Of a stretch of 64,000 bases of DNA, positions 16,196-30,100 are shown piece after piece. Where the stretch lies: contig NC_092676.1 in NCBI RefSeq assembly GCF_964355755.1, forward strand, positions 23,268,871-23,332,870, read 5' to 3'. This DNA comes from Antedon mediterranea (lineage: Eukaryota > Animalia > Echinodermata). The position numbers and the translations under genes are program-made. The notes under the pieces were generated by a model, which made no database searches, was not told the origin of the DNA, and was given only the letters and a program-made list of their open reading frames with translations. Numbering within the stretch: position 1 is the first letter of the stretch; each line of letters begins with the position of its first letter.

Positions 16196-16429
16196 GTGGA
16201 GCTGTGGCTTGGTGGTTATGATGCTTGGCTACCAATCTAAGGGTCCTGGGTTCAAGTCCTGTCATATGTCAGGGTTTTTTCTCATGACAATTTACAACTC
16301 CACTCCCAAAGACTTAATAATAAGTCTTTGTTTATGTAGAGCATCTTGTGTATATGTTTGTCTTGTGAAATTTTAAATAGTTTATCCATCCTGTAATTGA
16401 CGGGTTACTCGCTATTGGATGAGTATGAA

Positions 16430-16461
<32 letters not shown>
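16196..16461 (+). mobile_element. tRNA-derived SINE (family A) with long poly(A) tail
   Basis: A box (gtggcttggtgg), B box (gggttcaagtcc), ~30-nt A tail; homologous to 22495 and 35406. Confidence 0.88.
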
Positions 16462-16464
<3 letters not shown>

Positions 16465-16619
16465 CAAATATGATATAAATCGGTTTTTTTTCAAACGAAA
16501 ATAACAACATTTTATTTATTTTTGGCTTTTTTTACTACTGGGTTCCGGGATTTTCAAATTCATTATTGATATTAAGAAGGTACAATTTTTATTCATTCAT
16601 TTCATGTACTTGTTACCGT

Positions 16620-16875
16620 TAATTTTTAAAAGGTTTTTTATTGAATATGCCATTTTAATGTCACATAAAAATTGAATCGAAAAAAACTATAATTTAAAGC
16701 TGCCAGCCAATTGGGTTTTGGTTGAATTTGACCATTTATTTTGTGATTTTATATGAGAAAACATTTTTATTTTCCCAAAGGGGATTACCTTTATTAAAAC
16801 TACAAAATAACCTATTCAAAGTCTGATTTAATTAATCTTAATCTTTAATGTTTTTGGTGGACAATACATCTTGAA
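16620..16875 (-). mobile_element. Reverse copy of the 54917 element
   Basis: ttgaatatgccattttaatgtcaca, ttaaaactacaaaat and ggacaatacatctt match 54917-55218 in reverse. Confidence 0.6.
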
Positions 16876-19114
16876 TAAAATACTTAAACTGAAAAAAACT
16901 CCGTGAATAGATCACATGACCGGATATCCATAAGTCACGGTAACTGTTACCATTGTTTGACCATGTTCAACATTAGCATAGATCTAAATAATGATAATAA
17001 AACAGGTCTTGAATTACACCTTGAACCGCATCATTTTTCAATTACTTTAAGGTTGTAAAATTAGGAAAGAAAAATAAATAAACAACACTAGCGATGATAG
17101 CTAAGGTGTGTATCATTACCGGTAAGTAACATTATCGGCTCATTATCGTCTCAATATTAAACTCATTACCAAGTGAGATTGATCTCCAAACCCATGTGCC
17201 ACAAGTTCACAGTGTTGCTATTGTTTTGTGTACTGGTATAGGCCACTGTGTTATAAAAAATGTAATACTGTATCAATTCTTCAGGCATTTACACTTTCAA
17301 TGTTAAAAATTATGACATTATACTTTACTGTCCAAAATGAATTCTAATTTAAAATAATTTAAATGACACTTATCTTGATTTATAATAATATTAAGTATTA
17401 ATTCTTGTATTCGTTTTATATTTTTGATATATTTTTTCTTAAATTTTGTTGTTAATTACTTAAGCTGTATCATTTAGGGACCACAGTGGGAATAAAGTTG
17501 CTTTTTGTACTTTTCTGTGTTTTTATCCTTGTTTGATCCACTTGATCAACAGAATGAAAAAATACAAATTTGTTCATAACACAATGTGTTACTTCTTTTG
17601 CTTTTTGATTTGATGTAAAATATAGTACTGTGCATTTGTTAGAAAAGAAACAAGATGAATATTGATTTTAAAGCGGGAAAATGGTGTATTTTTAAGCTTG
17701 GTTAAATTTAGAATATTTTATTTTTACATTTAGATACAGTCGTTGAGAATAGGTTATTTCTACTAGGGTGAATCGTAGGTCATATTGACCATCGAATTTC
17801 ATCCTTTGTCCATTTTTACTACACAGGTGAGTTAGAATGATGAGTCTGTTTATTTATTCTTTAATGGTCAATTCAACTCGATTCGTCATTCGGATGTGTT
17901 TGAAGTCCTTGGTCACTTCTTGACCATTTGGTCTCAATTTCAGCTGGTAAGCGAGCCCCGGAGCTTACAAGGTAACTCAGTTCCATTGTCACAACAATGA
18001 AATAATACGCCACCTTGAGGTAGGTAACTCTCTTTTGATCTTTTTACCTGTCTTTCCAATTTAAATATTAAATAAACGTTAAATACTTGTTTCACAACAC
18101 CTTTTAAAATGTTGTTTCAAAATGGAAGCTACTAAGGTAAGAATGCACTGGTCTTGCAAATGTCAAAAATATTGTTGATTCAATGTTAAATAAAACTAAG
18201 TTTTAAGGAAAGTAAGATTTTAAATTTGAACAGATCTATTTTTTTTAAAATATTTTAAAACTTTCAATTAATATTGGTACTAATGAATCTAATATTTTCA
18301 CTATACTCAAATTTTTAAATATATTTCGAATTTATTTTGGCCATGGAGAATTATTTCTCCATGTTTAAGAAACCCCATTTGGTTACAATGTCAATGTCCA
18401 AACTAACTTAAAGAATAGTAATAATTCATGTCATGTCATGTTAATCATAAAGATAGATAAAAGTATATTATAATAATAAGTATTATACTACAAAATATTA
18501 ATTCATCGTTATTATTTTATGATGATTGACTTAAACACAGTTTAAAGCAATCATGTATTATCACATTACACAGTCATGCTCTTACATACATGCTCTCATA
18601 TCACGATTATAAACCTATAATATTATAGAATTCATATCTTGGTAATTATTATGTTCAAACCAGAAATTGCTAGGCTAAGACGAGGATTAGGTGGTGATCA
18701 GTGTTTGCCATCCCGGGTCATGCGAATATTTGTTACATGCCGCCCTGCCCGGAAACAATACACACGCTAGGACGTGTAAGTGTCGATACCCCAAGATGTC
18801 ACATATTTATAACAATAAATTAGCCTAGTAGTACGTAGTTATTAAGTAAGTTTAAATGCTTTTGAAATGGATGTGTTATGCTTGTGATGCGAACAACGTA
18901 AAACGCGTTTTTCACTGAAAATGTTTAACGCATTACAATTAAAAACGCGTTGCTATTAAGGTTAATAGTTACTGTAAAGAAAATGCTGATAAGTTTATGT
19001 TAAATTTGATATTTCAATAATTTAAATTATTTAAAAGTTGGTAAAAGGCTCATTTTAAAATATACCACATTTCTATTTTATAATTTAGGACTTAACTGCA
19101 ATATCGGCCTGAAT

Positions 19115-19240
19115 CACACATGAGTGCGAACACTACATTCTAAATACACATGAGTGCGAACACTACATTTTAAACACACAATGAGTGCGAACAGTGCATT
19201 CCAAACACACATGGGTGCGAACACTGAATTCCAAACACGA
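19115..19240. repeat. 30-bp tandem repeat x4
   Basis: acacatgagtgcgaacactacattctaaat variants head to tail. Confidence 0.9.
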
Positions 19241-20614
19241 AACAAATATTATTATTAATAAATCATGGTGAAATATCAATCGATACAGTATATTGTAAAG
19301 TAGCTCTGAGTAATGCACACTGAGTGAGACATAGGTTCTGACTAAGATGGATTACGTTAAATAAGTATTCTGTTTGGGATTGTGGCCTTTTCATTGATTT
19401 AGCAATTTGCTCGTCGGGTCAGTATGGTGTGAAAACCTGACTGTTTGCTCAGAAAACATCTTTTTTTTCCCCAGCGCAGACAATCTTAATGTGTCAACTA
19501 AGACATTAGTGTACTTTGCAAACTGTGTTGACTCACAGATTTCAATTAGTTACAATCCAAAGTCATAATTCTATTATATTCAAGTTTATTAAGCTGGCGA
19601 GTTCAAAATCTAACTGTAAACTAAATGTATTAGATTATTACAAATTGTACTCACGCTATAATACATTAAATTCAGTCTAAAGATTAAATTTCAATAATTG
19701 TTCGGGATACCTCTGTAACACAGAGATTGACAATCAAGTCTTACTGAAAATGTCACAATACGTCTGTATCATACTGTAGGTGGTCATAAGCCCATGAGCA
19801 CAATCAGGCGCCATGTGATACATATGTGACAGTGTATTACAGATTTCGCCTATAATACTGTGCAGATAATTCCAAGTAAAAATATCCAAAACAACACAAC
19901 GCCAACATTAAAATCACCAGAGAACAATTACACAGCAATAAATATATTTATGTAATGCGTTAAGTTACGGCTTCACCAAAACATAAAATGTAAAGGTAAA
20001 AATATACCAATTAATACGTATTATAAACAAACAAATGTAAAATATCAAATTAAAAACACTAATGATTAAAGCAATTAAAACTACGGTAACAGTCAAAACA
20101 TTTCATATCTGGGGAATAATCTGACCGTTGCCTATTTCGGTCATTAGTTTAACACGTCAAGGATTGGCTATACTATACTTGCAACAGTTCAACAATTAGG
20201 ATTGTTCTATTCCCGAGGCTATCATAACATACATTGCATTGATAATCCCCACAAGAATAAATGTTCATTACAATTAATGTAGAATTATCTATAATGTTAG
20301 ACGACTTTTGATAATTTACAAATTTTACCTTACTGACGCGGAAGTTAATTCAGACGAAATCTTTTAAAATACAAGGGATGTAAATAGGGAAGTAACGGTA
20401 AATTGGGGCTGAAACAACAACAATTTAATAACTTAATCCAATGATATTTAGTAAACACACTAATTGGCACAAATTAATGAACACACGACTGTACTAATAA
20501 CGACAATATTATATGAATCATTTTTTGCGATAGCTATTATAGAGTATCATATATGGGAATGTGTTTTGCCCAAAGAATTACTGTATATATTAATTTACTC
20601 ACGTTGACGTTTCG

Positions 20615-20885
20615 TTTAAAACTCAATAACCGAGCGTTTAAATTGATTATTGATAATTTAATATTGATTATTGATTATCACAGATATAATTTCGATTAAA
20701 AACAGTCTTAGTGGTAAAACCTAATAATTGGGTATATGATTTATTTGATTATTGATTGATGATTATTGATCAATATATTTTTGATTAAAAATTGATTTAT
20801 ACTAAGTTGTAAAACTCAATAACTGGGTATTTGAATGTGTCATTGATTATTGATCATTGGTTATCACATATTAATTCTAAATAAA
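20615..20885. repeat. Degenerate AT-rich tandem repeat (~95 bp x3, rich in ttgatta)
   Basis: aaaactcaataac.g.g...ttgattattgat recurring. Confidence 0.6.
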
Positions 20886-22494
20886 AAGTAATAAACAAAT
20901 AAATAATTTAATTATAATGTGTTACTGCTTATAAATAAATACATAAATCAGCATAATTATTTTATAATCTTATACAAATATACGAACGATGAAGATAAAT
21001 GAAATATATTACTGATCGTGAGAATTAGTGGTGTTACATAACAGCTGGTCTTTTCACTTAAACTGCATCTTATTGTAGGTCTATAAGACAATTTGTATTT
21101 GCATTATGTGTTGTGTTTCAAAGGAATAACGCATAGAAATAAATACACACAATGTTATCGATAATATGTTGAAACGAATTTATTGATAATAATATGAATG
21201 AGACTTTATTTAAATTCTATAATATGCTATGTGCCCTGAAATTTGTATTGTTACTACTAATGTATATATATACAGTATACAATCCGTGTAAACATCATGT
21301 TACATTATATTATAACCTATAAATGTTATATTAAAAAAATGTTATATGCCTAGCGTACTGTAAATACTATAAGAAAGATGATTAAAAGGCCTATTGATAT
21401 TCTATTTTGTTTTTATTGAATAGGAGGTGAGCCTTAAGCTACGTTTTTATATGATTTTTTCATTAAAACGCAGTACTACTACTACGAACGGTATAATATG
21501 TCATGTGGTATATCTGGTAGTCTGTTTCATGTCACGGTACGTTTGCCCAGCTAACGAAGCATGACATAACTGCGCCTCTTACTACAAATTACGGTAATAA
21601 AGTTGCAACTTTGTAACGTTTATCGACATAATACAACTGCCATTAATAATAAAAGATTAACTGTAAATTAATCACAATGTAATATAACAGTTAAAACTCA
21701 AACGTTGATATACGAGAACATTATCATAATGTAGACTTCGTTTTAATAACGTCACTTTTACATATTCATTTTAATGTAATGTAAAAATGGTGTATTGAAA
21801 ATGCCTTATAACAATAAGTAGGCTATGTACATAATTGAAAATGTTCATCAGAAACTGTCCGTCAGGTCAGTTAATAATTTTGATTTGTCAAAATAGAATT
21901 GTGTACATAATTTTCCGTTTAACTGTATGTAATATATTTTATTTATGTATATTGAAATAATAGTCTATATTATGTAATTGGTAGATGGAAATTGAATAAA
22001 TACACATGTGTACTGTATTAGATTTAGTTTCACCGTGATGTTGAAGGCATGTTCATACGACACTTTAGACCTATTATAAGCCCTATTCAACCAGGTGTTA
22101 ACAGATTACTAGTTCTTCTATCTTTAACAAACCGCTCGAGTTCCACACCACCCTAGGCGTTACAGAACAATACAAGAAAGGCCAAATCCCATCCTCCAAT
22201 TTAATTGGTTTTTAGTAAAGATGATTCGTCCCATTGATTACGATAAATGAAACAGATTACCGGCAAAGTTATCAACATTGTGTATAAATGTACCTCTATT
22301 AGGTCTATTTACCGAACTACTTATTTCTGTTTTAGTCGATTGGGTTTTTAAGGAGACTCTTAAACTTAACTTTTCAAACTATCGTTGTACATAAATAATT
22401 AAACGCAGAGGATTAGCCGTAAACAATGATTAGAAAAACCAAAGACTGTAACTGGTTACATGTTAACATTAATATTTTATTAACGTTAAATGTA

Positions 22495-22732
22495 GTTGAG
22501 CTGTAGCTTGGTGGTTTTTGACGTGCTTGCCTTCCAATCCTAAAGTCCGGGGTTCAATCCTGACCTAGTGCCAGGGTTGTAACTCACGACTCCTTCAACT
22601 CCACTCCCTAAGCCTCAAATGAGACTTAGTTTGTAAGCACGATACATTATAAAATAGTATATCCATCCTGTAGGCCCCTAATTGGCGAATTTGTGCTCGC
22701 CGTGGATTTGTATGAAATAAAATTAAAATAAA
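22495..22732 (+). mobile_element. tRNA-derived SINE, diverged relative of family A
   Basis: A/B boxes (gtagcttggtgg, gggttcaatcc); shares caactccactccc and the tail tatccatcctgta...gtatgaaataaa with 16196. Confidence 0.82.
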
Positions 22733-25700
22733 TGGTTTTATTACACATCTCAAATGCATTAATAAAAACTGTTTTACCTTAAACACACGTTATAGCATGT
22801 TTTTTATCTCTTGTTTATAGGAGGCTTAACGCTCATCTCTAAAGTTTACAATGATTATTAGAAAACCTCTTCAAGAAGATTTCTTTCTAAATCAATGTAG
22901 GCCTACAATGTTTTTCTATTTTTGGAAAAAAAATAATCATCTCATTGGTTATCAACGAATTAATTTCAATCGTGTCTATCATTATAGTCAACTTTATTAC
23001 TATACAAGAGAACCCTAATTTGGTTGTAAACTATTTTTTACAAGACAACTTTATTGATGTGTATTTTTTTTATAGGCTCAAGTTAGATATACGCAACCGC
23101 AGCTGCGAAAAGAGCAACTAAACCTCATACACGTGTACCCATCTCCTTATAACATCCTTCAACCGGGCTATTCATTATTCAATAACCATCACCATTCACT
23201 ATAATCCCACTAAGCTAACACTTGATTAGCCATTGTATTGTGATGTCAACAAGAATCACCAACCGGTGTATAGAGCTTTAGGGCCTGTACTGCTGGCTAG
23301 AACAGCGCATCCCCATGGTTGATCAGGGCTTAGGCCCGTACTGTCTTTTGCGTTAATTTAGAGGATACATTGCTATCTGTTTTAGGCCTAAACAAAAGTA
23401 AATTTGTATAAACAAATGCACAGAAGTCTTATTTAAAGAATAGAAAAATAATAATGAAAGCACTGTTGTTTAGATTCTAATTCCACTTGTTTAAAACACG
23501 TTTTATTGCGATTTGGTTTTATTGAAGATTCAGTGAATCAACAATTTATAAAATAATTTGTTTTACATGCAAAAGACATAAGAAGCCGATAACTAATTTG
23601 CTTGAACCAATAAAAGCAATTTTAAGAAAAATATGAAAATGTTAACACAGAAATATAGGCCTAAGATACAAACATATGAGTTATGGGATAAAAGCACGAC
23701 TATATTTTTTTTTGTTTTACAGATGAACATTTTTTAAACCTGGTTTTTCTCACAGACAATTGTAGATACCAGGCAGCTCTATATACTGTACATTGAAGGC
23801 AAATTTATCATGGTAAAACAAACAGAATTATAGTATTTCAGGTCAAAGAATAGTTCAAAATGGAGTGTGAATTGATCATTATTTGCCAATTAGGGGTAAA
23901 TTATTGTACTTGGTAGGGTAACCCATCGTTGTTTAAAACGAGACACAACACATTCCAGTTAGCCTGGCAGTGAACTGTTTATGGTACAATCGTAAATGTC
24001 AGCCGTTCACCGCTACAACCGTCAAATTTAACGCGGTAACTGAACATCTAATGATAGTCATTAGAGGAAGAAATCAGACAAGATTTACGATTGATAGATA
24101 GGTTATAAGTAGCGAGGACCACGGACCTCCATGTAGGCGACGGGTCATTCAAGTTTGGCTTAACAAACAACCCCTTTATGTGCACTGTAATGCCGTTACT
24201 CGGTCAACAGACAAGACAAAAAGGTACGATCCGCGGGCTTCAATTGATACCTCCTTCACAAACCATCACAAACAAGTTCCTTTACAAATACATTCTATTC
24301 AACTTACTGTTCATCCATTACTTATAGCTACAGTAAAAATATTTTTCACAATATATTATAGAAAATATCAGGACAGGAATTGGTGTTTAATTACATGCTA
24401 TGTATATGGTTAAAGTTTTACTAACTCCATTTACCATAATATATCTACAATAAAAATATTTCCACAATATATTGTAGAAAATATCAGTAGTGTACTGTGT
24501 ATAGTTAATTAATTATTAGTATTCATATCGGTGTTTTATGTTTAATTAAATTACATAAAACATTAAATACGGAAGTTTAATTGCTCCATATTAAAATATT
24601 AGCAATAAATGTATTAATTATTTAACTAAATTTAGACGAATTATTCTCCAAATAAATTTTTCACGTGGTTTGGTAAACAATATTAATATATTTATATTCT
24701 TATTATAATACACTTGTATCTTTTATGAATTGCCTACGTCACTTTGTTACGCATTGTTATAATAATTTTCAACTCATAAAATATGAACATAAAAATTCAA
24801 GATGTTACGAATACTATGTTTAATCAATAATATCGTACAATTATGATTATGTGTTCGTTTAATTTATTTACAACGTTTTATAGCCGCTATTACTGAGAAC
24901 ACGAACGTTTGCAGTGTGAACGTACTGCTAATAACGCAACAGGCTTACTTAACATTCACCAATTGTATAAATTTAATTGTATATTCCTACTTTATTATTT
25001 CAAAATTAAGATTATACGTAAATTATTATCACACTATAGTATTGTTATATTGCTCAAGGCGTTTCTTTGTTACAGTGTTTGCAATAGATTTAATTTTTTG
25101 TTTTGGTTTTATTAGTTTTACATTTACAATCGAAGTCTACAGATCTATCGATTTTGAGAAAATACTTAAGAAACACTGAGGCAATTAAATATTAGTTTAT
25201 TATTTAATAACGACTAATTATATTGTGCACGTTTGGCAAATAAATTATTTCGTGTGATAGTACTGTTATTGTTAAAATCATTCTACCACCCCAGACCCAA
25301 AAGGCCAACCCCAAGCCCCAACCCAATTAACATCCCAATTATAATGTGTTCATACGACCAAGTGCATGGAACGCGTGCCAAAGATCTATTCAAAATAAAA
25401 GTTATTAAACAAACGAACCTACGATTAATATCCAACCTTTTTTATAATTAAATAAAAATATATTTCATAATGTCAAATGCATGATTAAACTATATGATTA
25501 TTTTTCCATATCCCGTTCTAACAGTTTTAACAATTACATCAATGTATAGGCCTCTATCGCGCTGTGTTACTAAAGATAGTCGGTGCGATATTTATTCTAT
25601 TAAATACCCATTAAGATAATGATAGATAAACTCATCTTCCTCCCTTAAAAATAATCATCCGATAACAATGATCACGCTGATTTAAAAATGAAGACAATTG

Positions 25701-26552
25701 ACTATCTGTTTATTGTACCTAATTTCCAAACAATGAAATGATATAACTTTTGCGTTGACAAATTTGTTTAAGATGATAACAGGGTAAAAAATAAAAACAG
25801 CTGTCTGTGCTGATAGTTGGTAAACAATCACTAAGATAATCAGTAAATAGATGTACATGACAAGTTCTGCCCTTTGAAGGCAAACAACTATTTTCGAATT
25901 AAAAAGAACAATAATGTTATTCGGATTTGCATCAATATAGTGAAGTAAACAGTAAAAAGGTCCGGGACGTTTTGACAAGCTGATAGTTTGTGCTGTTTTG
26001 TGTTTTTATTTTTCGTTCGTGTGGTTATTTGTTCTCGGTGTCCACAACTAGTGAGAACGTTAGTAAGCTGGACCCTTTTCTATTACAATAACTATTGAAT
26101 TTTCTACACTCTAGATAAAAACAAATTGCATGAGAGGACGGTGTACAAACCAAACGTACATTCGTTAAGTCGTTGACTTTTAAATAAAAAACTAACACTA
26201 CATTTTCTACTTTAGTCAATTCTTTAAAAGAATCATTTCGTGGGAAGATGGATTAAAAAAAATAAGGACTGTTATTGTGAAGTTTTAACGTACAATTTTT
26301 AATTTAAAGATATAAACGAATAATTTACAAAAGGTAGGCCTAAATGATCACACTTATTCGTTGGGGTGTTATTGCTTCGATGACAACATCATATTCAAAT
26401 TGTTGTTTGTGAGATTGGTGATGTTAAGCAGACGAGTGTGTACAAAGAGTCACAACACAAACACTTAGCACAACTTGAACTTCTGTACGGCTTTTAAAAT
26501 CTTGCATATACGATAATGCTTATCAGGACTTACACTACTTACTATTGTAGAA

Positions 26553-26843
26553 ATTATGTATTATGTTATGTTATCCTATTAAATGTATAACATTATGTAT
26601 TACATTATACTATTACGTTAACTATCACATTATAGTATTAAGTATATCATGTATTAGTTATTACATAATGTCATGTTAGTTATTACAGTATGTATGTTAT
26701 ATACATTGTGTATTACATTATGTATTATATTACATTATATTATGTATTAGTTATTACATTATGTATTTTATTATATACATTATGTTATTATTTACATTTT
26801 GTATTATCTATTAGGCCTACATCACATTATGTATTACATTATA
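26553..26843. repeat. AT-rich low-complexity tract at the start of sim intron
   Basis: Degenerate (tatta/cattatg)n. Confidence 0.75.
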
Positions 26844-26993
26844 GTCGATCCGAGCACCGACTCGTATTATCAGCCCATCCGACCATCGAATCTTAGTCTT
26901 ATTTTTGTGATAAATGGTGAGATTCGCTTCGCTTTCCCCATTCAACTATTAGGTGGACACACATTTTTGTAATATTAATAGTAAGATTCTTAC

Positions 26994-27168
26994 CTTCTGG
27001 GAACAGTGCTCTCATCTTCAGATAACTGGTAGAAAGTCGGATGATCGATGCCTTGTCCAGCTGCGTCGTAATCGCAGACGGCAGCGGCAATAACTTGGCC
27101 AATTCCAGAAATTCAGCATTTTCCTTTTCTCGTCGCGTACGAGCGGCGTTTTTGGATTTTTCCTTCAT
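26994..27168 (-). CDS. sim: single-minded (bHLH-PAS transcription factor), first coding exon (bHLH domain)
   Basis: Translates [59 protein letters not shown], near-identical to SIM1/SIM2/Drosophila Sim N-termini; 175 nt ending at a phase-1 GTAAG donor; acceptor ttttacttcacAG 10 nt upstream of the ATG. Later exons not found in the window. Confidence 0.95.
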
Positions 27169-30100
27169 ATCCTCTGCTCTGTGAAGTAAAATCCCGATAG
27201 GTTGTTGAATTTCTGACTTCCATTGTGGAAGTTTATTCTGAAAGTGAGGTATACGAGGCCCAATGTCCAGCATTATTTGGCTGGTCACCAAGGGGGTTCG
27301 ACAGAGACGTGCCTCGGCCAAGTAACTTTCCTTCGGTTTATGTTCAAGCCACATGCAACCAAAAAGAAAATACTCAGAGTTTTGACCAAAGGTAATAGAA
27401 AATATGCCCCTGGAATCACGTAGTAAGGAAATAACCTAGTGACCACAAGCTATGAGTGGTCAGAAAATGAGCACAGAATATAACAACTTAAGAAATAATT
27501 TACAATGATTGCCCACTGGCTAATTAGCGTGATATAGATGGACACACTTCGTACTGGACACTACCTTGGATGTTAATTCTGACTAAAAAATGGGTTTCAT
27601 TACAAAACACATGGGTGTAATTTTTCAATCTTCCTTTTGGCCAGTCGGACTTAATTCCAATTAAACATCCTCGAGGTAATTTACAGGAAAATATTATTAG
27701 GAATATAGCCGTAAGCACCGATTAAAAAACAATACTGTCAGATAAGTACACTCATTGCATCTATTTATACACAGTAGTCTTAAAAGTTTAAGACTATTTC
27801 AAATACGGTTATGTAATTCCAACGTCGGTAAACTTCAAAATTAATCCTCAATCTAACCTTGTAACAAGTTTAATGTAAAAAACTAGGCATAAATGTTAGC
27901 CGGTCGTGCACATTAAAAGTGTAGTCGTTGTAGGCTTAAACGCTTACCTCAACCGGGTTAAAAGTAAACCACAAGAGGCTAGAAAAACACTAAGTCCACA
28001 GGCTAAACACCGTCTCGTCTCTGTAGTGTTATATTATCCTATTTGCAAAAGAAAGACTTATTACCGACGACGCTCCTTTACGATGGTGAGTACTTATAAT
28101 CAACAACAGGAATATGCACAGATATCATTATCCATTATTCGGTAATTATACAAAATAGTAGGGGAAAAGCAAAATGATTTACGCCTATCGTAATTGTTTA
28201 CTCCCGAAATTCCAGCGCTAGATGTAATTCATGACAGTCAAAGAAGATACCAAATCCGTTTGTGTGATCTACACAGAACCGTCTTTTTTTTTGCATATTC
28301 TTCGTTCAATGATCGTCTCCGCTTCGTTTCAATGTTTACACTGGATACCTTACTTACTCAATCATAGATGTTGTTTACTCATACAAATCCAGCGATCATC
28401 TGCCGGTGTGCCATATTTTAATAGATACTCCAGTTATGAATAAATGAATAGGACATCAAATGATTAATATACTTTATCAATTTTTTATAGATTATTTCAG
28501 CCGAACTTTATACTTCTTCCTAATACAGGTCATGCCATGCACCTTACAGCGGGTTTAATTAATGAAATTAAATACATTTGAATAAAGACTGACCATTCCC
28601 TTTGACAGCATTGTCCAGTTCATATTTGGACAGTGGTATAATGAGGTTGGAAAATGTGACCGCATAATCATCTTAGAGTGCTTTTGGTTTGCTTAACATA
28701 ATAATAATCAATGTGTAATCATTTCTTTGAAATATATTAAATAAAAGGAAAGAGTATTACCAATTTAAATTTAAATATTAAATAAAAGTAGGCTGTGTCT
28801 TAACTATATTATTGTTGTATAATATTACATTTTATTTTTTTTAAACCCCAAACAAAATTATTAAACTATATAATTATTTAGGCTTGTCGGTATACGATGA
28901 CAATTATTTTAGTTATTTTAAGGTATTTCTTATTTATCACTCTGTATTATTTAGGCCTATAGCGGTATACAATGACCATTATTTTAGAAGATATTTCTTA
29001 ATTATTTTATTTATACAATATAGAAATATATTCCTATTACTCAGACTTATGTCTGTTCATTTTCAAGTCTGATCTGATAATTAAATGTTCATTATTTTTC
29101 TATTTTGTTTTACACGAATAGTATAAAATGTATTCGTTTTTTATATTCACATATAATTTAATAAGATGATAAAATAGGCTACTGTGCTTGCTTGCCTGTC
29201 TTGTTGAAGAACCAACAGTTCTGTTAGTTGAAATTTTTGAATGAGTAAATTTTACAACTTTTTAATTTTTTACAAAACAAAAAAACTTGTATTTTTATTG
29301 TTGCTTTAAAGAAAGTAACATTTACTCTTCCTTGTTTCAAACTATATATATTAGTTTCAAATATGTATGATAAGTGTAGGAACGAGTGGTATAAGTAACT
29401 ATTTTCAAAGCTTTAATTCTGTCCTTCGCCATGCTGGCTCTGGTATTGTTTGAAGGAAAGAAAACATGTTATTAATGATATTCGGCCTAGGTTAATTTCA
29501 AAACAAAGGTCTACTATAACCTTCTAAAATTCCAAAATGTACATTTATATATCGTTTTAATTCGATATTATGAATTTAAATGTTTATTTTATTGTTGATA
29601 AAACCGCAAACTGATGAGTTTTTAAGTTGAAAGTTTTGGAGACTCCATTAGAATACTTCAAATCATTAAGAGGCGGTATTCATTGAACTTTTGCGGAAGA
29701 ATGTATTAAAGATAATCTAGTAAATTCTGTGGATGCTAAGAATATATCCAAAATATATGACTATTATTTTCAGCTGTTAAGACTGCTTGTCAGGGGCTTG
29801 TGAGAACTTTAATAAACTAAACAGTGTTATAATCAATGCATGATTATTCAAAACTCACCTGATTTCTTCTTTGAGTGGCTCAGTGTATTGTTGCGTGATT
29901 TCGGTTGCCTTTAATTCCACTAAGGTGGACCTGCAATCGGGGGATGCAAAAATAAACAGTAAATAATAGAAGTGCGGCCGATTGGTGATTCCTACTGTAC
30001 TTGGTTTGGTGTGTTAAACATTGCAACGGCACGCTTGACGTGAGGAAAGCCCCTATATTGTTGGCGGAAAGCAGGCGATCAAGTCACGCAATCTCATAGA

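Noticed and set aside
16196-16270. tRNA genes at SINE heads (also 22495, 35590, 54375)
   Set aside because: A/B boxes run into SINE bodies and tails; no clean cloverleaf.
19115-19240. Possible CRISPR array (30-bp repeats)
   Set aside because: Units are head to tail with no unique spacers, there are no cas genes, and the context is eukaryotic.
29611-29640. Hammerhead ribozyme core (CTGATGAG...GAAA)
   Set aside because: Stem II cannot pair and no flanking stems were found.
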